64,000 nt of DNA from Eledone cirrhosa (GCA_964016885.1 OZ024740.1:365118001-365182000); one strand, 5' to 3'. Shown: positions 13,720-28,360, counted from the first letter of the stretch. Made by a program: numbers and translations. Notes: generated by a model from the sequence alone, not told the origin.

Positions 13720-14289
13720 AAATTGAGGTTGGTAATGGCACATGGAATATATAAGAGACAGAATACTTTTTTGTGAAAAAACATAATTTTATAAGGTAAG
13801 GAAATAATAAAGGGTATAAAAAATGACCGGTTTCGATGGGTCTGCAAAAGCCATCTTTTCAAATGTTGATTAATATTAAGAAAATTTAATAATACGAAGA
13901 GTTAAAATTTGAGATTTGAAAATTCAAGTATAAAATTCATTGTGGGATTTCATAGCAGTTTTCATACCAGAAAGGGACACAGCAGTCAACCTGTTGTTGC
14001 TACCTAGATGAAAACTGCTATGAAATCCCACAATGAATTTTATACTTGAATTTTCAAATCTCAAATTTTAACTCTTCGTATTATTAAATTTTCTTAATAT
14101 TAATCAACATTTGAAAAGATGGCTTTTGCAGACCCATCGAAACCGGTCATTTTTTATACCCTTTATTATTTCCTTACCTTATAAAATTATGTTTTTTCAC
14201 AAAAAAGTATTCTGTCTCTTATATATTCCATGTGCCATTACCAACCTCAATTTTCTCTATAACCTTCGTTTTGTGTAGAAAATTACACT

Positions 14290-14292
<3 letters not shown>
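13715..14292. mobile_element. PLE pLTR family E, inverted two-arm remnant
   Basis: Arms 13715-13965 and 14008-14258, tail to 14292; longer copy at about 22110-23010. Confidence 0.8.
14106..14153 (+). ncRNA. HHR with UUGAAAA (U3:A8) core
   Basis: TTGAAAA-GATGG(11 nt)CCATC-GAAA-CCGG-TC; same core at 22857-22904 (+) and 13820-13867 (-). Confidence 0.6.
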
Positions 14293-14332
<40 letters not shown>

Positions 14333-14459
14333 TATATATATATATTTATATATATATATATATATATATTCATATATATATATAATATGAATATATATAT
14401 ATATATATATATATATTCATATATATATATATATATTCATATATATATATATATATATA

Positions 14460-14523
<64 letters not shown>

Positions 14524-14557
14524 TATATATATATTCATATATATATATATATATATA

Positions 14558-14630
<73 letters not shown>

Positions 14631-14635
<5 letters not shown>

Positions 14636-14947
14636 AATAAATGAAGTAATTCCATCGGAAAAGTCCAGGAAAAAAGAGTGCTCTATGTAAGCAACAGAGC
14701 TTAATTATTATTATTATGTAATAAACAACATAAGGCAATTATTCCATTTACCAGTGGTTTCTTAAAAGCAAAAGGTTTTGCTTTCAATCCTCAGAATGAA
14801 AAATCCTGGTTTGTTTATTGAATATGGATTCTAAAAACAAAAATACAATCTATAGATTGTATTTTTGAAAGCAAAACCTTTTGCTTTTAAGAAACCACTG
14901 GTAAATGGAATAATTGCCTTATGTTGTTTATTACATAATAATAATAT
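14631..14947. mobile_element. PLE pLTR family F, small inverted remnant with HHR on the - strand (about 14741-14800)
   Basis: 14706-14787 is inverted at 14865-14947; homologous to 39693-41040. Confidence 0.8.
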
Positions 14948-14968
14948 ATATATATATATATATATTCA

Positions 14969-14997
<29 letters not shown>

Positions 14998-15005
<8 letters not shown>

Positions 15006-15158
15006 ATACTTTGGGAGGGTCATGTTGCCGATAAGAAACACACGCACCAGTTGTTTCACTTCAAATTATTATAATAAATTTATATAAATTTCCGGTTGGT
15101 TGGTTTTATGCTGGCCCCCACCGCATGTGCAATCATTTTCTTTAGTTAATCGTGGTTT
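14998..15158 (-). mobile_element. internally deleted mini-copy of family C
   Basis: Family C pLTR end joined directly to an ORF fragment matching about 38181-38237. Confidence 0.75.
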
Positions 15159-15180
15159 TATATATATTAATATATATATA

Positions 15181-15228
<48 letters not shown>

Positions 15229-15406
15229 TATATATATATATGAATATATATATATGAATATATATATATATATATGAATATATATATATATATATATGAA
15301 TATATATATCTATATATATGTGAATATATATATATATATGAATATATATATATATGAATATATATATATATATGAATATATATATATATGAATATATATA
15401 TATATA

Positions 15407-15480
<74 letters not shown>

Positions 15481-15572
15481 TATATATATATATATATATG
15501 AATATATATATATATATATATATATGAATATATATATTTATATATGAATATATATATATATATATATATATA

Positions 15573-15618
<46 letters not shown>

Positions 15619-15915
15619 TATATATATATATACACAAGTTAATATAAATTAATATATGATAAACACATAAGTGTTTGTATTGTAAAAGACGAAGTTAGCT
15701 AGAATGAAATAAACTAATTCAAAATAAACTAATATATATATATATGAATATATATATATATATATATATGAATATATATATATATATATATTCAAATATA
15801 TATATATATGAATATATATATATATATGAATATATATATATATATATATTCATATATATATATATATATATGAATATAATATAAGATCAAAAGATGGTTA
15901 AAGGAGTTCCGTGTA

Positions 15916-15982
15916 TTTTATTATGCGCATTTCAAAAACAAACATCATCATGCAATAATATTTGTGTTTTCATCAGATAAAA
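15916..15982 (-). ncRNA. type I hammerhead ribozyme
   Basis: TTTTAT-CTGATGA-AAACACAAATATTATT(GCAT)GATGATGTTTGTTTTT-GAAA-TGCGCA-TA-ATAAAA. Confidence 0.85.
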
Positions 15983-16967
15983 CAGGAGAACATGATATGA
16001 AGGCTAAAAAACACTTGTGGATAGTGCAGTTTTAAATCAACATATGAAAAGTGGTTTTAGATTGATGTGTGATATTGGGAAAAATATTTTATTTAGAGAG
16101 GGGGGTGGAAAGGATGAAAAGGGGGAGGAGATGAGAGGGAGAGATGGGTGATAGAGAGAAAGAAAGAGATAGTTTTTATAACTGAGAGGAGATATATTGT
16201 TTTACATAGAGAGGTTGAAAACCGTTGGAAGATAATGTATAAATTAAAAATTTGAAATTAACGAAGGGAGGATATGTGCGAGGAAAGAATATTTTATTTA
16301 TGGAGGGGGGTGGAAAGGATGAAAAAAGGGAGAGGAGATGAGAGTGAAGGTGGAGAGGGAGAGATGGGTGATAGAGAGAAAGAGATAGTTTTTATAACTG
16401 AGAAAAAGATATATTGTTTTACATAAATTAAAGGAATTTGAAAATTAACGAAGGGAATTTATGTATGAAGATAGAGAGAAAAAATAATAATTGTGGATGA
16501 ATATTCTAACGTCAAAAAAGTGTGTGTTGTGGCAATTTCAAAATTAACGAAGAGAAAAATTATTAAGGTTTGTGTGTAGAAGGATTTAAGAAAAACAATG
16601 TGAAGTTAAAGTTTGTATATTGAAGGAATTGATAATATATGTGAATAAATAGTTAATATGTATTAAGAATGAGTTCGTTGATGGGGAGAAAAAAAATAAT
16701 AAATTAAGGATGAAATTGAGATTAAAAAGATTTATGATAGAGAGAAAAAATAATAATGATTGCGGATGAATATTCTAACGTCAAAAAAATAAATGTATAT
16801 GTTATGAAGGATTTTACAAGGTGAAGATAGAATGAGGGTAATGAGTAAACAAGTATTATAGAGTGTATAATGCCCTTTAAAGTAAGGTGGGAAGATGGGT
16901 ATATTTTAAAGAGGTGTATGTATATGTGCCTTTGAGAAAAGATTCTAAATTGATAAAGAATTTAATA

Positions 16968-19088
16968 TTAACTGTATACTTTGTGAAAAGTCCTATGGAA
17001 TTTATGGAGGCAGATAGAAAATAAATCTGTACGTCTATTTATTATAGAATCTAGGTTAGAGATAATGGTAAATTTTTCATTTAGGCAGAGATTACAGATT
17101 TTAGATAGAGAGCTGTTCAAGTATGAGGATGCAGAAGAAACCTTCTTCCAAAAGATGGTATATTTAATGTTTTTGTCTTTTAAGGACCATATGAGTTCTG
17201 AGAGAGCAGTGTTGGTTCTTTTAAGTTTGTATTTGAAAGATGAATGATGATTATAGAGACGAGCTTTAAAAGAGGTGGAAGTGGAGCCAAAATAGGTGAA
17301 GGAATTGGTGCTAGTTATAATTTTACATTCATAAATTAAGTTTTTATCGAGACAATGGTTGTTGAGAGGACATTTATTTTTAATGCGGCAGTTGCAATTA
17401 GAGAGATTATTAATGAGTGACCTAGTGTTATCTATAGAAGGAATTGGATTGGAGAAGTTGTATGCGATAGGAATAATAGGAATAATAGTTTCTTGATTTA
17501 GAGTTGGATTATGAACATTTAGCGAAGTTGTGTTTGACGTTGTATTTGTGTTTACAGAAGTTAGCCTAGGGTTTACAATGACGTCGGGAGTACTATTACT
17601 GTTATTATGAAATTCAATGTTGGAAGGAAGAGATTTAGTATTTAGTATTTTATTGTTGTGTTTAGAGATGATGTTGGAAATATTGGAGGATGTAGAATAA
17701 GAAAATTTGATGGTGTGTTTGTTAAATATTTTACTATAGATATGTGAGGGAGGGAAGCATTTATTTAAGGCACTAAAAAATAATTTAGGAATATTGTTAT
17801 TAATAGAGATGGAGAAAGGAGCATTATACCAGATTATGTTTTTGTATCTAGGTCTTTTATTAAAATTATTGGAATGATCATGATTAATTATTCTACTGTA
17901 AGTTTTTCTAGAATTTGTTTCTTTACTATATTTGATTTTATCTGGATAGCCGGCTTTAGAAAGTGCGTTATTATAGTAATTGGCGTTAGCATCAAAGATG
18001 GTTTTGTTAGAGGATATGTTAGATATTCTTTTTCCAATATTACTAACTATAGCATTCTTGATATTGGTAGGATGGTTAGATTTAAAGTTAACATAATTTA
18101 GGTTCTCATTGTTTTTATGGTAAGGGTAATATAGACCAGTGTCAAGATTAAGAGATACATCCAAGAAATTAGCTAGTTTGATACTATTATCAAATTCAAT
18201 TTTTAGGTTATGTTGGTTAAAGAGATTACGTATATTGTTCTTAATAATATTAAGGTTAACTATATTGCAATTTAGGATAGTAGAGTCCATCGTCACGATA
18301 AATTCCACCGCGAAGTTGAGGAATTTTCCGACTCAAAGAGTTCAAAATGAAGATACCAATTAAATCAGTCAATTGGGATGAATCGGATGCTCCCATTGTG
18401 ATATCGAAGTTGTTAGAGGTATCGGCTCTGGTCCAATATTCGTTGTTGAACTCTAGGATGGTTTTACGTGCGGTGAGGATGATGTGAAGTTCATCTGTGG
18501 TGATGTCAGAATATTTAAGTGCGAAAGATAGAGCATTATTGAGAAGTGAAGGCGAAATGGAGGAATAGTAGCTGGCAATATCAAATTGAATAAATTTTAG
18601 TTTGTTTTTATTATCCAATTTGTTGAACCAGCCAATCACCTCAGAAGTACCAAACCATAAATTTAGGTTCAAAGAAGAGCAATTAGAGCTAACCTGTGGG
18701 ATAATTCTATCCAAGATGGCTTTACTAACAACCCCCAGATCAGATTTAGAGGGGGCGATTAATCTAACAGGTAGTTCAGTGCGAAAATTGTTTTTGTGAT
18801 CCTTGAGATTTATCCTCGGAGTTCTTGGGAGGAATGGTTCGGTCTTTTTTTCAATGCCAAGTTTTGACATAATCTCAGAGGCTTCAAGGTTTATGTATTC
18901 TAAATTTTCATGGTTGGTTTTACGATACTTTTTCCTAAGTTCCTTTAGGATGAGGTTGTTATAATTATCCTTGGAAATACCATATAAGTTATTGGTTTTG
19001 TCAGAGTGGACTAAAACATTTTTTGAGGAATTTAGGTTAGAGATTGTGTTCTTGAGATTTACAAGGTGCTCTTGTCCTTTGTAAGGGT
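16968..19088 (-). pseudogene. PLE RT-GIY-YIG ORF with frameshift near 18285
   Basis: ORFs 18256..18870 and 16968..18308 overlap just after YRDDG; the frame stays open upstream to about 19088. Confidence 0.85.
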
Positions 19089-19145
19089 ATGAATATGAAT
19101 ATATATATATATATGAATATATATATATATGAATATATATATATA

Positions 19146-19265
<120 letters not shown>

Positions 19266-19351
19266 TATATATATATATATATGAATATATATATATATAT
19301 ATGAATATATATATATATATGAATATATATATATATGAATATATATATATA

Positions 19352-19431
<80 letters not shown>

Positions 19432-19925
19432 AATAATGGAGCTGCGGCGCTGAAAATGGGTTACATATGGAAAAGTTTGTCCACATCAGTGGCCTTCCAA
19501 CCGTCGTAGGCATTTCGTCGCATTAAAGGCCATATACCTCACGTTGGTGCGAGCAACGGCTAAAAAAAGTCGTTGGGACACGTAAATAAGGGGGACGCTA
19601 CGGTAAACAAACAAAATGCTTTAAGCAACTGCTTAACACGGGGGGTTATTATAGGTTTTAAATCCAAATTTATCCTGTTTGTTGTCTGCTTTTTCCGGGT
19701 TATCGAAATAAAAGGCGCGCCAACGCAACCTTTTAATGAACGCGTCTGTTTTCTGTATCAGGAGTTTTAGGTATGTTTTCCTGCTTGGTACGGGTATGTT
19801 CTTTGTAGAAATATTCAGATGTTGTTTCTGCATGATGAATATAAGTCAATAGAGTGCTCAACCGAGGGAGCCAAATATTAATAATAATAAATTTCAAGAC
19901 TAAAATCCAAAGAGGGCTCGATAAG
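19432..19925 (-). mobile_element. family J pLTR end running into the ORF N-terminus
   Basis: CCTTATCGAGCCCTC (as at 22095-22109) followed by ATG at 19833: MQKQHLNISTKNIPVPS...IKRLRWRAFYF...FGFK. Confidence 0.75.
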
Positions 19926-22109
19926 GGGCGGTGGTTTGTACCGTGACGATGGTCTTTTGACCATGACTAAGTGCGGACCTCGTGCTTGCGACAGGTTCAG
20001 AAAAGAACTCACAGCCTTCTTTAAAGGCTTCAACTTCTCTATACAGGTTGAGGCCAATCTCTCGGTCGTTAATTACCTTGACGTTACCCTCAATTTATTG
20101 AATGGGTTGTATTACCCGTATAGAAAGCCGAATGATACGCTTAATTACATAAGTAAGCATTCCAACCATCCTGCCAGCATAACCAAGAACCTGGTAAGAA
20201 ACGTTTCGTTGAGGCTTTCCCGTCATTCCACCAACGAGCGTATTTTCAACGACCATTCCACGTATTACAATGAAGCCCTTGCTCGAAGTGGATTTGTCGA
20301 TAAGGTAGCATATACAGAGTACGAAAATAGACCTAGAAGAAATAGACCCCGTCGCATTTGTTGGTATAACCCACCATATAATATGGAGGTGGCCACACCA
20401 TTAGCTAAGATCTTTCTTTCCCTTATTACGAAGCATTTTCCCCCTACACATAAATATAGTAAAATTTTTAATAGAAATTCTATTAAAATTTCTTACTCTA
20501 CGACTCCTAACCTTGCACATAACATCACAGCTTCAAATTTAGCTAAACTACCTAGCCGTAGGAATACGTGCAACCCTGTAGTTAGTACTAACTGTAATTG
20601 TAGGAATCGGGTTGATTGCCCCCTATCCGGGAAATGCCTCTCTAGCAACATTGTCTACAAATGTAAGGTTCTAACACCCACGTCCCGTGGGGCCTACATA
20701 GGGTTAACCGCCAATAGATTCAAGCAGCGTCTTTACACGCATACCCATTCTTTTCGTTACCCTCTAAGAAGGAATATGACGTCACTTTCAGCTTATATCT
20801 GGAGTCTAAAAGACAACCACACCCAATATAAGTTACACTGGGAGATCCTAGCTAGGGCTAGATCGTATAACGGAAATAAAAGACCTTGTGACCTCTGCGC
20901 CGCTGAGGCCCTGGAAATACTCTACGCCACAGACCACATCTTAAACAAAAAATCTGAGGCAATTTCGGCTTGTAAACATAAATTGCACAAAACTTTTCTG
21001 TATTACAGCCCCACGTTATACCCTAATGGATAGTACGATCTATACGTGGATATTTTACGTCTTGATGTGGGAGCTAAGTATATATTTTGTTTATAGCATT
21101 ACTTATTTGCATAGGTAAGTATATTTACCCGTATGTTTCGTGAAGGTACGTATACCTTCTCGTATGTATATTTGATTGTTTATGTTATGGCGTATAAACT
21201 TTTTTTATTTTTTTTATTCTGGTACATATGGTTTGGCTATGTGTATACGTGAGTTTTGCGTCTGTGTGAGTATGCAGGTTCGTACGTATGTAGGGTGTGT
21301 GTATATGTGTGCGTCATGTCTTGGTTGACTTTCGTCTCCGAACATTCGTGTATTTACATGTAGGTATGTGTGTGCGCTTGTTATTTACGTATTTATTTAT
21401 TTATATACGTTTATATAATTATTTATTTCTTTATTTGTATACACGCATACACACACACACATATTTATATGTGTGTGGTTTTGTATACCTATGATAAGTG
21501 TTTTGCGTATGCTTGTGTATGTACGTATTTGTTTGCGTGTATGTATTTATTTATTTCTATTACTTCTGTATTGTATTTATTTACTTTGTTCTTAACTCTG
21601 TAGCGGAGATTCATTCGGTCTCCTAGTTAGAATTTTAGTCTACGACTTCTGCTATACCATTTACGTGGTTTTGTCTTTGCGTGCTATTGTTCTCTACGTT
21701 CCACATATGACGTATTATCTTCGTTTTTTTCGTTCATTGCCAGAGAACGTCTCTATGAACCACCTAAGAGAACATTAGTCTACGACCTCTTTTATACCAT
21801 AAACGTGGTTCTGTCTTTGCGCGTAATTGTTTTTCACCGCTCCTATTAATGACGTATTATATTCGTTCTTTCCCGTTCTTTGCCAGGGAACGTTACCACG
21901 AACCAAAGTATCGTCTTCCTGTCTTCCTCCGGTTGCAACGTTTTTTGAAATATCCACTTCTGCGTTTACAGATTGACTTTGTTAGTTTCAGAAGATCCCG
22001 TTAAGGGTGAAAGCAGCGATTCTTTGCTTAAACTTTAATCTGTTATTTTAATAAATATTTGCTCTACGGTTCTTATATATTTGATATATATTTATCCTTA
22101 TCGAGCCCT
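19926..22109 (+). mobile_element. Hydra-clade-like PLE, family J, 5'-truncated
   Basis: ORF 19936..21033: YRDDG, CNCRNRVDC, IVY...YIGLT, CDLC..E; about 1.1-kb 3' UTR with HHR. Confidence 0.9.
21984..22034 (+). ncRNA. HHR with CAGAAGA core variant
   Basis: AGTTT-CAGAAGA-TCCC(GTTAA)GGGT-GAAA-GCA(9 nt)TGC-TT-AAACT; same core at about 23686-23736 (-) and 46790-46840 (+). Confidence 0.65.
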
Positions 22110-22453
22110 CCTCAAGGTGATCAGAATGACTTGTATTTTAATTTCACTGTTCTAACTTCTTATATTATGGAAAAAATATATGTGTATGTATGTATATATA
22201 TATATTTGGAGGCCATTTCTCTATGTGTGTGGGTGTATGTATGTGTATGTGTGTGTGTGTGTATGTATGTGCATGTGGATGTATGTATGTGTATGTATGT
22301 GTGTGTGTGTGTATGTATGTGTGTATCTGGTTGTATGTGTATGTATATATATGTGTGTGTGTGTATATATATGTGTGTGTATGTGTATATATGTGTGTGT
22401 GTGTGTGTGTGTATGTGTATATGTATGTGTGTGTGTATGTATGTGTGTATGTA

Positions 22454-22496
<43 letters not shown>

Positions 22497-23132
22497 ATGT
22501 ATATGTATATGTATGTATGTGTGGATGTGGGTATGTGTATATATAGGTGTAAGTGCACTAAATCCCTTTCTATCACTCTCCCCTCTCCTACCGACCACAT
22601 GGAGATACATGTATGTATATTGCTTCCACCCCCTAACTGACCAGCAGCTGGCCATCTGGCCATTGCTAAATCTGACCTTTAAAAAAACCACTCCCCACAA
22701 ATAATTCCTCATTCACTACCAGAAAGGGACACACAGCAGTCAACTTGCTGCTACCAAGATGAAAATTACTATGAAATCCCACACTGAATTTTATACTTGA
22801 ATTTTCAAATCTCAAATTTTAACTCTTCTTATTATTAATTTTTCTTAATATTAATCAACATTTGAAAAGATGGCTTTTGCAGACCCATCGAAACCGGTCA
22901 TTTTTTATACCCTTTATTTTTTCCTTACCTTATAAAATTATATGTTTTTTCACAAAAAAGTATTCTGTCTCTTATATATTCCATGTGCCATTACCAACCT
23001 CAATTTTCTCTATATTTATATATATATATATTTATATATATATATTTATATATATATATATAAATTTATATATATAAATTTATATATATATATTTATATA
23101 TATATATATATATATAAAAATTTATATATATA

Positions 23133-23214
<82 letters not shown>

Positions 23215-23234
23215 TATATATATATATATATATA

Positions 23235-23511
23235 TATAAATTAATAAAAACAATGAATTAATAAATTAATAAAAACAGTGCCTTATATTAAAAAATTCAT
23301 TATTTTACGATCGTTTATAGGATATATATGGGTGTGTTGGTATGTATATCATATAGATCCATGTAAATATTTTTAAAACTATCTACACATATATATGCTG
23401 TCTTCAGAAATAAAAAAAATGTTTGAATACATATCTCTTTTCATGATATTTGGATTACATTGAGTTCTTCATACGGATTGGACACTACTGTATATTTTGG
23501 TAGCTTTATCT

Positions 23512-23516
<5 letters not shown>
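23235..23516. mobile_element. family G mini two-arm insertion
   Basis: 23235-23412 is the reverse complement of about 1580-1772 (HHR degenerate, GAAA>TAAA); 23422-23516 matches the tail at about 1813-1908. Confidence 0.75.
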
Positions 23517-23581
<65 letters not shown>

Positions 23582-23585
<4 letters not shown>

Positions 23586-24588
23586 ATAATAATAAAATTG
23601 AAGACTAAAGAGGGCTCGATAAGGAAAATATATATCAAATATATAAGAACCGTAGAGCAAGTATTTATTAAAATAACAGATTAAAGTTTAAGCAAAGAAT
23701 CGCTGATTTCACCCTTAACGGGATCTTCTGAAACTAACAAAGTCAATCTGTAAACGCAGAACTGGATATTTAAAAAAACGTTGCAACCGGAGGAAGACAG
23801 GAAGACGATACTTTGGTTCGTGGTAACGTTCGGTTGCAAAGAACGGGAAAAAACGAATAATACGTCATTAATAGGAGCGGTGAAAAACAATTACGCGCAA
23901 AGACAGAACCACGTTTATGGTATAAAAGAGGTCGTAGACTAATGTTCTCTTAGGTGGTGCATAGAGACGTTCTCTGGCAATGAACGAAAAAAACGACGTA
24001 AATGGTAAGCAGAAGTCGTAGACTAAAATTCTAACTAGGAGACCAAATGAATCTCCGCTACAGAGTTAAGAACAAAGTAAATAAATACAATACAGAAGTA
24101 ATAGAAACAAATAAATACATACACGCATACAAATACGTACATACACAAGCATACGCAAAATCTTACCATAGGTATACAAAACCACGCACATATAAATATG
24201 TGTGTGTGTGTATGCTTGTGTACAAATAAATAAATAATTATATAAACGTATATAAGTAAATAAATACGTATATAACAAGCGCACACGCATACCTACATAT
24301 AAATACACGAACGTTCGGAGACGTAAGTCAACTAAAACAAGAAGTACACATATACACACACCCAACATACGTACGAACCTGCATACTCACGCAGACGCAA
24401 AACTCCCGTATACACATAGCCAAACCCTAAATACCAGAATATGTAAAAATTATACGCCATAACAGTCAAATATACGTACGAGAAGGTATACATACTTTCA
24501 CAAAACATACAGGTAATATATACTTACCTATGCAAATAAGTAAAGGAATAAACAAACATATACTTAGCTCCCACATCAAGACGTAAAA
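23582..24588 (-). mobile_element. diverged second copy of the family J 3' UTR/pLTR
   Basis: Reverse-complement similarity to 21053-22109 with substitutions and indels. Confidence 0.85.
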
Positions 24589-27500
24589 GATTGTAGCCAG
24601 AGAACTGCATACCGTATGCAGTTCTCTGGCTACAATCAGAGAGATAGAATCAGAGTGTATAGAGGAGCCAGAACCAAATGGGAAAAAATGGTAAATAATG
24701 ACATAAATGGGACCTGCCCCTTGTATAGGAGCAAATTTTGGAATAGAATAGAAAGAACTAGGAACAAGGCTAATAGAATAAACTCATGGTATGATAGCAA
24801 TAAATACCAGAGTGTAATGTTCATCGATACAACCCCTAGAGGTGAACTAGCTTACAAATTTAGAAGGGCCCTAAATAAACATAAACTCAATATTAAGATA
24901 GTAGAAAGACCAGGTACCTCTGTAAAAACACTTATTAGCAAGACATACCCTCATGTATAGATAAGAAATGTGTAACCTATAAAATAAGCCCCCATATTAA
25001 CTGTAAAACTAGAAATGTAGTGTATAGCATAAGATTAAAATTAAAATTAACCCTTAAGGAACATATGTTCAAATTTAATGGTAAAACATATGCCCAAGAG
25101 GAAGGAGCAGCCATTGGTGTTAGCATTGCAGGCGACATAGCTAACTTATTCATGGTATGGTGGGACAGTAGACTTAAACAAAAACTTAAAGAACAATTAG
25201 AAGACAGCTTAACCCTGATAATGTACTCCCGCTACGTAGATGATATAAACATCGTAGTTAAGACACCCCCACTAAAGAACAATCAGGAACTAGAGAAAAA
25301 CACAATGGAAAGCATCCAGCAAATAGCAAACTCCATCCACCAGAGCATTAGAGTTACTATAGACTACCCAAGTAGACACCCCAACCATCGATTACCTGTA
25401 CTAGACACAGAGCTCTGGTTAGATACCATTAACAACCAAAAACAAATCCTCCATTCCCATTATGCCAAACCCATGACTTCCAAACTTCTGATCCACCGAA
25501 ACTCGGCCATTTCGGACCATACCAAAATCAACATACTGATTGCGGATTTGGTACGGGTGATGAGAAATGTGTCCCGCATGTGCAACCCCGAAGAACTAGA
25601 GAGAGACATACAACACTTCATCCACCGTATGCAGTTCTCTGGCTACAATCAGAGAGATAGAATCAGAGTGTATAGAGGAGCCAGAACCAAATGGGAAAAA
25701 ATGGTAAATAATGACATAAATTGGACCTGACCCTTGTATAGGAGCAAATTTTGGAATAGAATAGAAAGAACTAGGAACAAGGCCAATAGAATAAACTCAT
25801 GGTATGATAGCAATAAATACCAGAGTGTAATGTTCATCGATACAACCCCTAGAGGCGAACTAGCCTACAAATTTAGAAGGGCCCTAAATAAACATAAACT
25901 CAATATTAAGATAGTAGAAAGACCAGGTACCTCCGTAAAAACACTTATTAGCAAGACATACCCGTTCCAAAGACCCTCATGTATAGATAAGAAATGTATA
26001 ACCTGTAAAATAAGCCCCCATATTAACTGTAAAACTAGAAATGTAGTGTATAGCATAAGATTAAAATTAAAATTAACCCTTAAGGAACATATGTTCAAAT
26101 TTAATGGTAAAACATATGCCCAAGAGGAAGGAGCAGCCATTGGTGTTAGCATTGCAGGCGACATAGCTAACTTATTCATGGTATGGTGGGACAGTAGACT
26201 TAAACAAAAACTTAAAGAACAATTAGAAGACAGCTTAACCCTGATAATGTACTCCCGCTACGTAGATGATATAAACATCGTAGTTAAGACACCCCCACTA
26301 AAGAACAATCAGGAACTAGAGAAAAACACAATGGAAAGCATCCAGCAAATAGCAAACTCCATCCACCAGAGCATTAGAGTTACTATAGACTACCCAAGTA
26401 GACACCCCAACCATCGATTACCTGTACTAGACACAGAGCTCTGGTTAGATACCATTAACAACCAAAAACAAATCCTCCATTCCCATTATGCCAAACCCAT
26501 GACTTCCAAACTTCTGATCCACCGAAACTCGGCCATTTCGGACCATACCAAAATCAACATACTGATTGCGGATTTGGTACGGGTGATGAGAAATGTGTCC
26601 CGCATGTGCAACCCCGAAGAACTAGAGAGACACATACAACACTTCATCCACCGTATGCAGTTCTCTGGCTACAATCAGAGAGATAGAATCAGAGTGTATA
26701 GAGGAGCCAGAACCAAATGGGAAAAAATGGTAAATAATGACATAAATTGGACCTGACCCTTGTATAGGAGCAAATTTTGGAATAGAATAGAAAGAACTAG
26801 GAACAAGGCCAATAGAATAAACTCATGGTATGATAGCAATAAATACCAGAGTGTAATGTTCATCGATACAACCCCTAGATGCGAACTAGCCTACAAATTT
26901 AGAAGGGCCCTAAATAAACATAAACTCAATATTAAGATAGTAGAAAGACCAGGTACCTCCGTAAAAACACTTATTAGCAAGACATACCCGTTCCAAAGAC
27001 CCTCATGTATAGATAAGAAATGTATAACTTGTAAAATAAGCCCCCATATTAACTGTAAAACTAGAAATGTAGTGTATAGCATAAGATGTACTGAAGGACA
27101 ATGTAGAAACAAAAATATAGTGTACATAGGTGAGACAGCTCGTAGTATAGGGGAACGAATAAATGAACACTGGCGAGACCTTCAAGATAATAAAGAATCA
27201 CCTGTGCTCTACCAACATGCTAAGATAGAACACAAGGGTAAATTAGAGAACATAGAAATAAAAATAGAATCCACACACAGAAAAGATGCAATGTTCAGGC
27301 AAATTACAGAGGCAGTAAGCATAAAAGAATTACAACCAAAATTAAATAGAAAATATGAGTGGAACAGCAACATCACAACTTACAATTAAGGACAAAATGA
27401 AAACACACGCACACATAGAACAAACAACCAACCAACAACATGTAAATAAATAAATAAATAAATAAACAAATAGATAAATGAACACAAACACACACAGACA

Positions 27501-27869
27501 CCCGGATGTGGCGCATGCGCAAACTGAGCACACAACACACACACAGAAACAAAATGGCGTAGGACAGAAGAAAGGAAAGGCACAGAAACAAAGAAAGGAA
27601 TCCCCAGTCACTGAAGAGGTCACAGAGTGTGTGACGAAAGGACTATGACTATATATAAACAACTATCTGGTTGTGGAACCAACCAACCAACCAGAAATTT
27701 ATAAGTTTGTAGATTTGTAAATTTATAAATTTATAAATATATAATAAATTGAAGTGAAAGCAACTGGTGCGTGTGTTTCTTATTGGCAACATGACCCTCC
27801 CAAAGTATAACAATATCGGTTTCAACACACGATTTCAGATAAAGAATCTTGCTAAACAAATTCAGAAAC

Positions 27870-27872
<3 letters not shown>
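24589..27872 (+). mobile_element. PLE family C with internal 1026-bp tandem duplications
   Basis: ORFs 24616, 25020, 25734 and 26760 repeat the RT core/thumb; EN (YIGETARSIGERINEH) occurs once; pLTR with HHR and tail. Confidence 0.92.
27606..27650 (+). ncRNA. type I hammerhead ribozyme, family C
   Basis: AGTCA-CTGAAGA-G-GTCACA(GAGTG)TGTGAC-GAAA-GGAC-TA-TGACT; homolog at 36621-36663 (-). Confidence 0.85.
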
Positions 27873-27953
<81 letters not shown>

Positions 27954-27973
27954 TATATATATATATATATATA

Positions 27974-28045
<72 letters not shown>

Positions 28046-28063
28046 TATATATATATACATATA

Positions 28064-28243
<180 letters not shown>

Positions 28244-28305
28244 TATATATATATATATATTGTTATACTTTGGGAGGGTCATGTTGCCAATAATTCAGAA
28301 ACGAA

Positions 28306-28360
<55 letters not shown>

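Larger units (their letters stand above)
15875..19088 (-). mobile_element. Hydra-clade-like PLE, AT-rich family, 5'-truncated, one frameshift
   Basis: [44 protein letters not shown] (CxCx5C), LIY...YFGST, CNLCLNEK. Confidence 0.9.

Noticed and set aside
27791-27840. ATGA...AAA...GA as a SECIS element
   Set aside because: No complementary strand for the CCCTCCC helix, so the SECIS stem cannot form.
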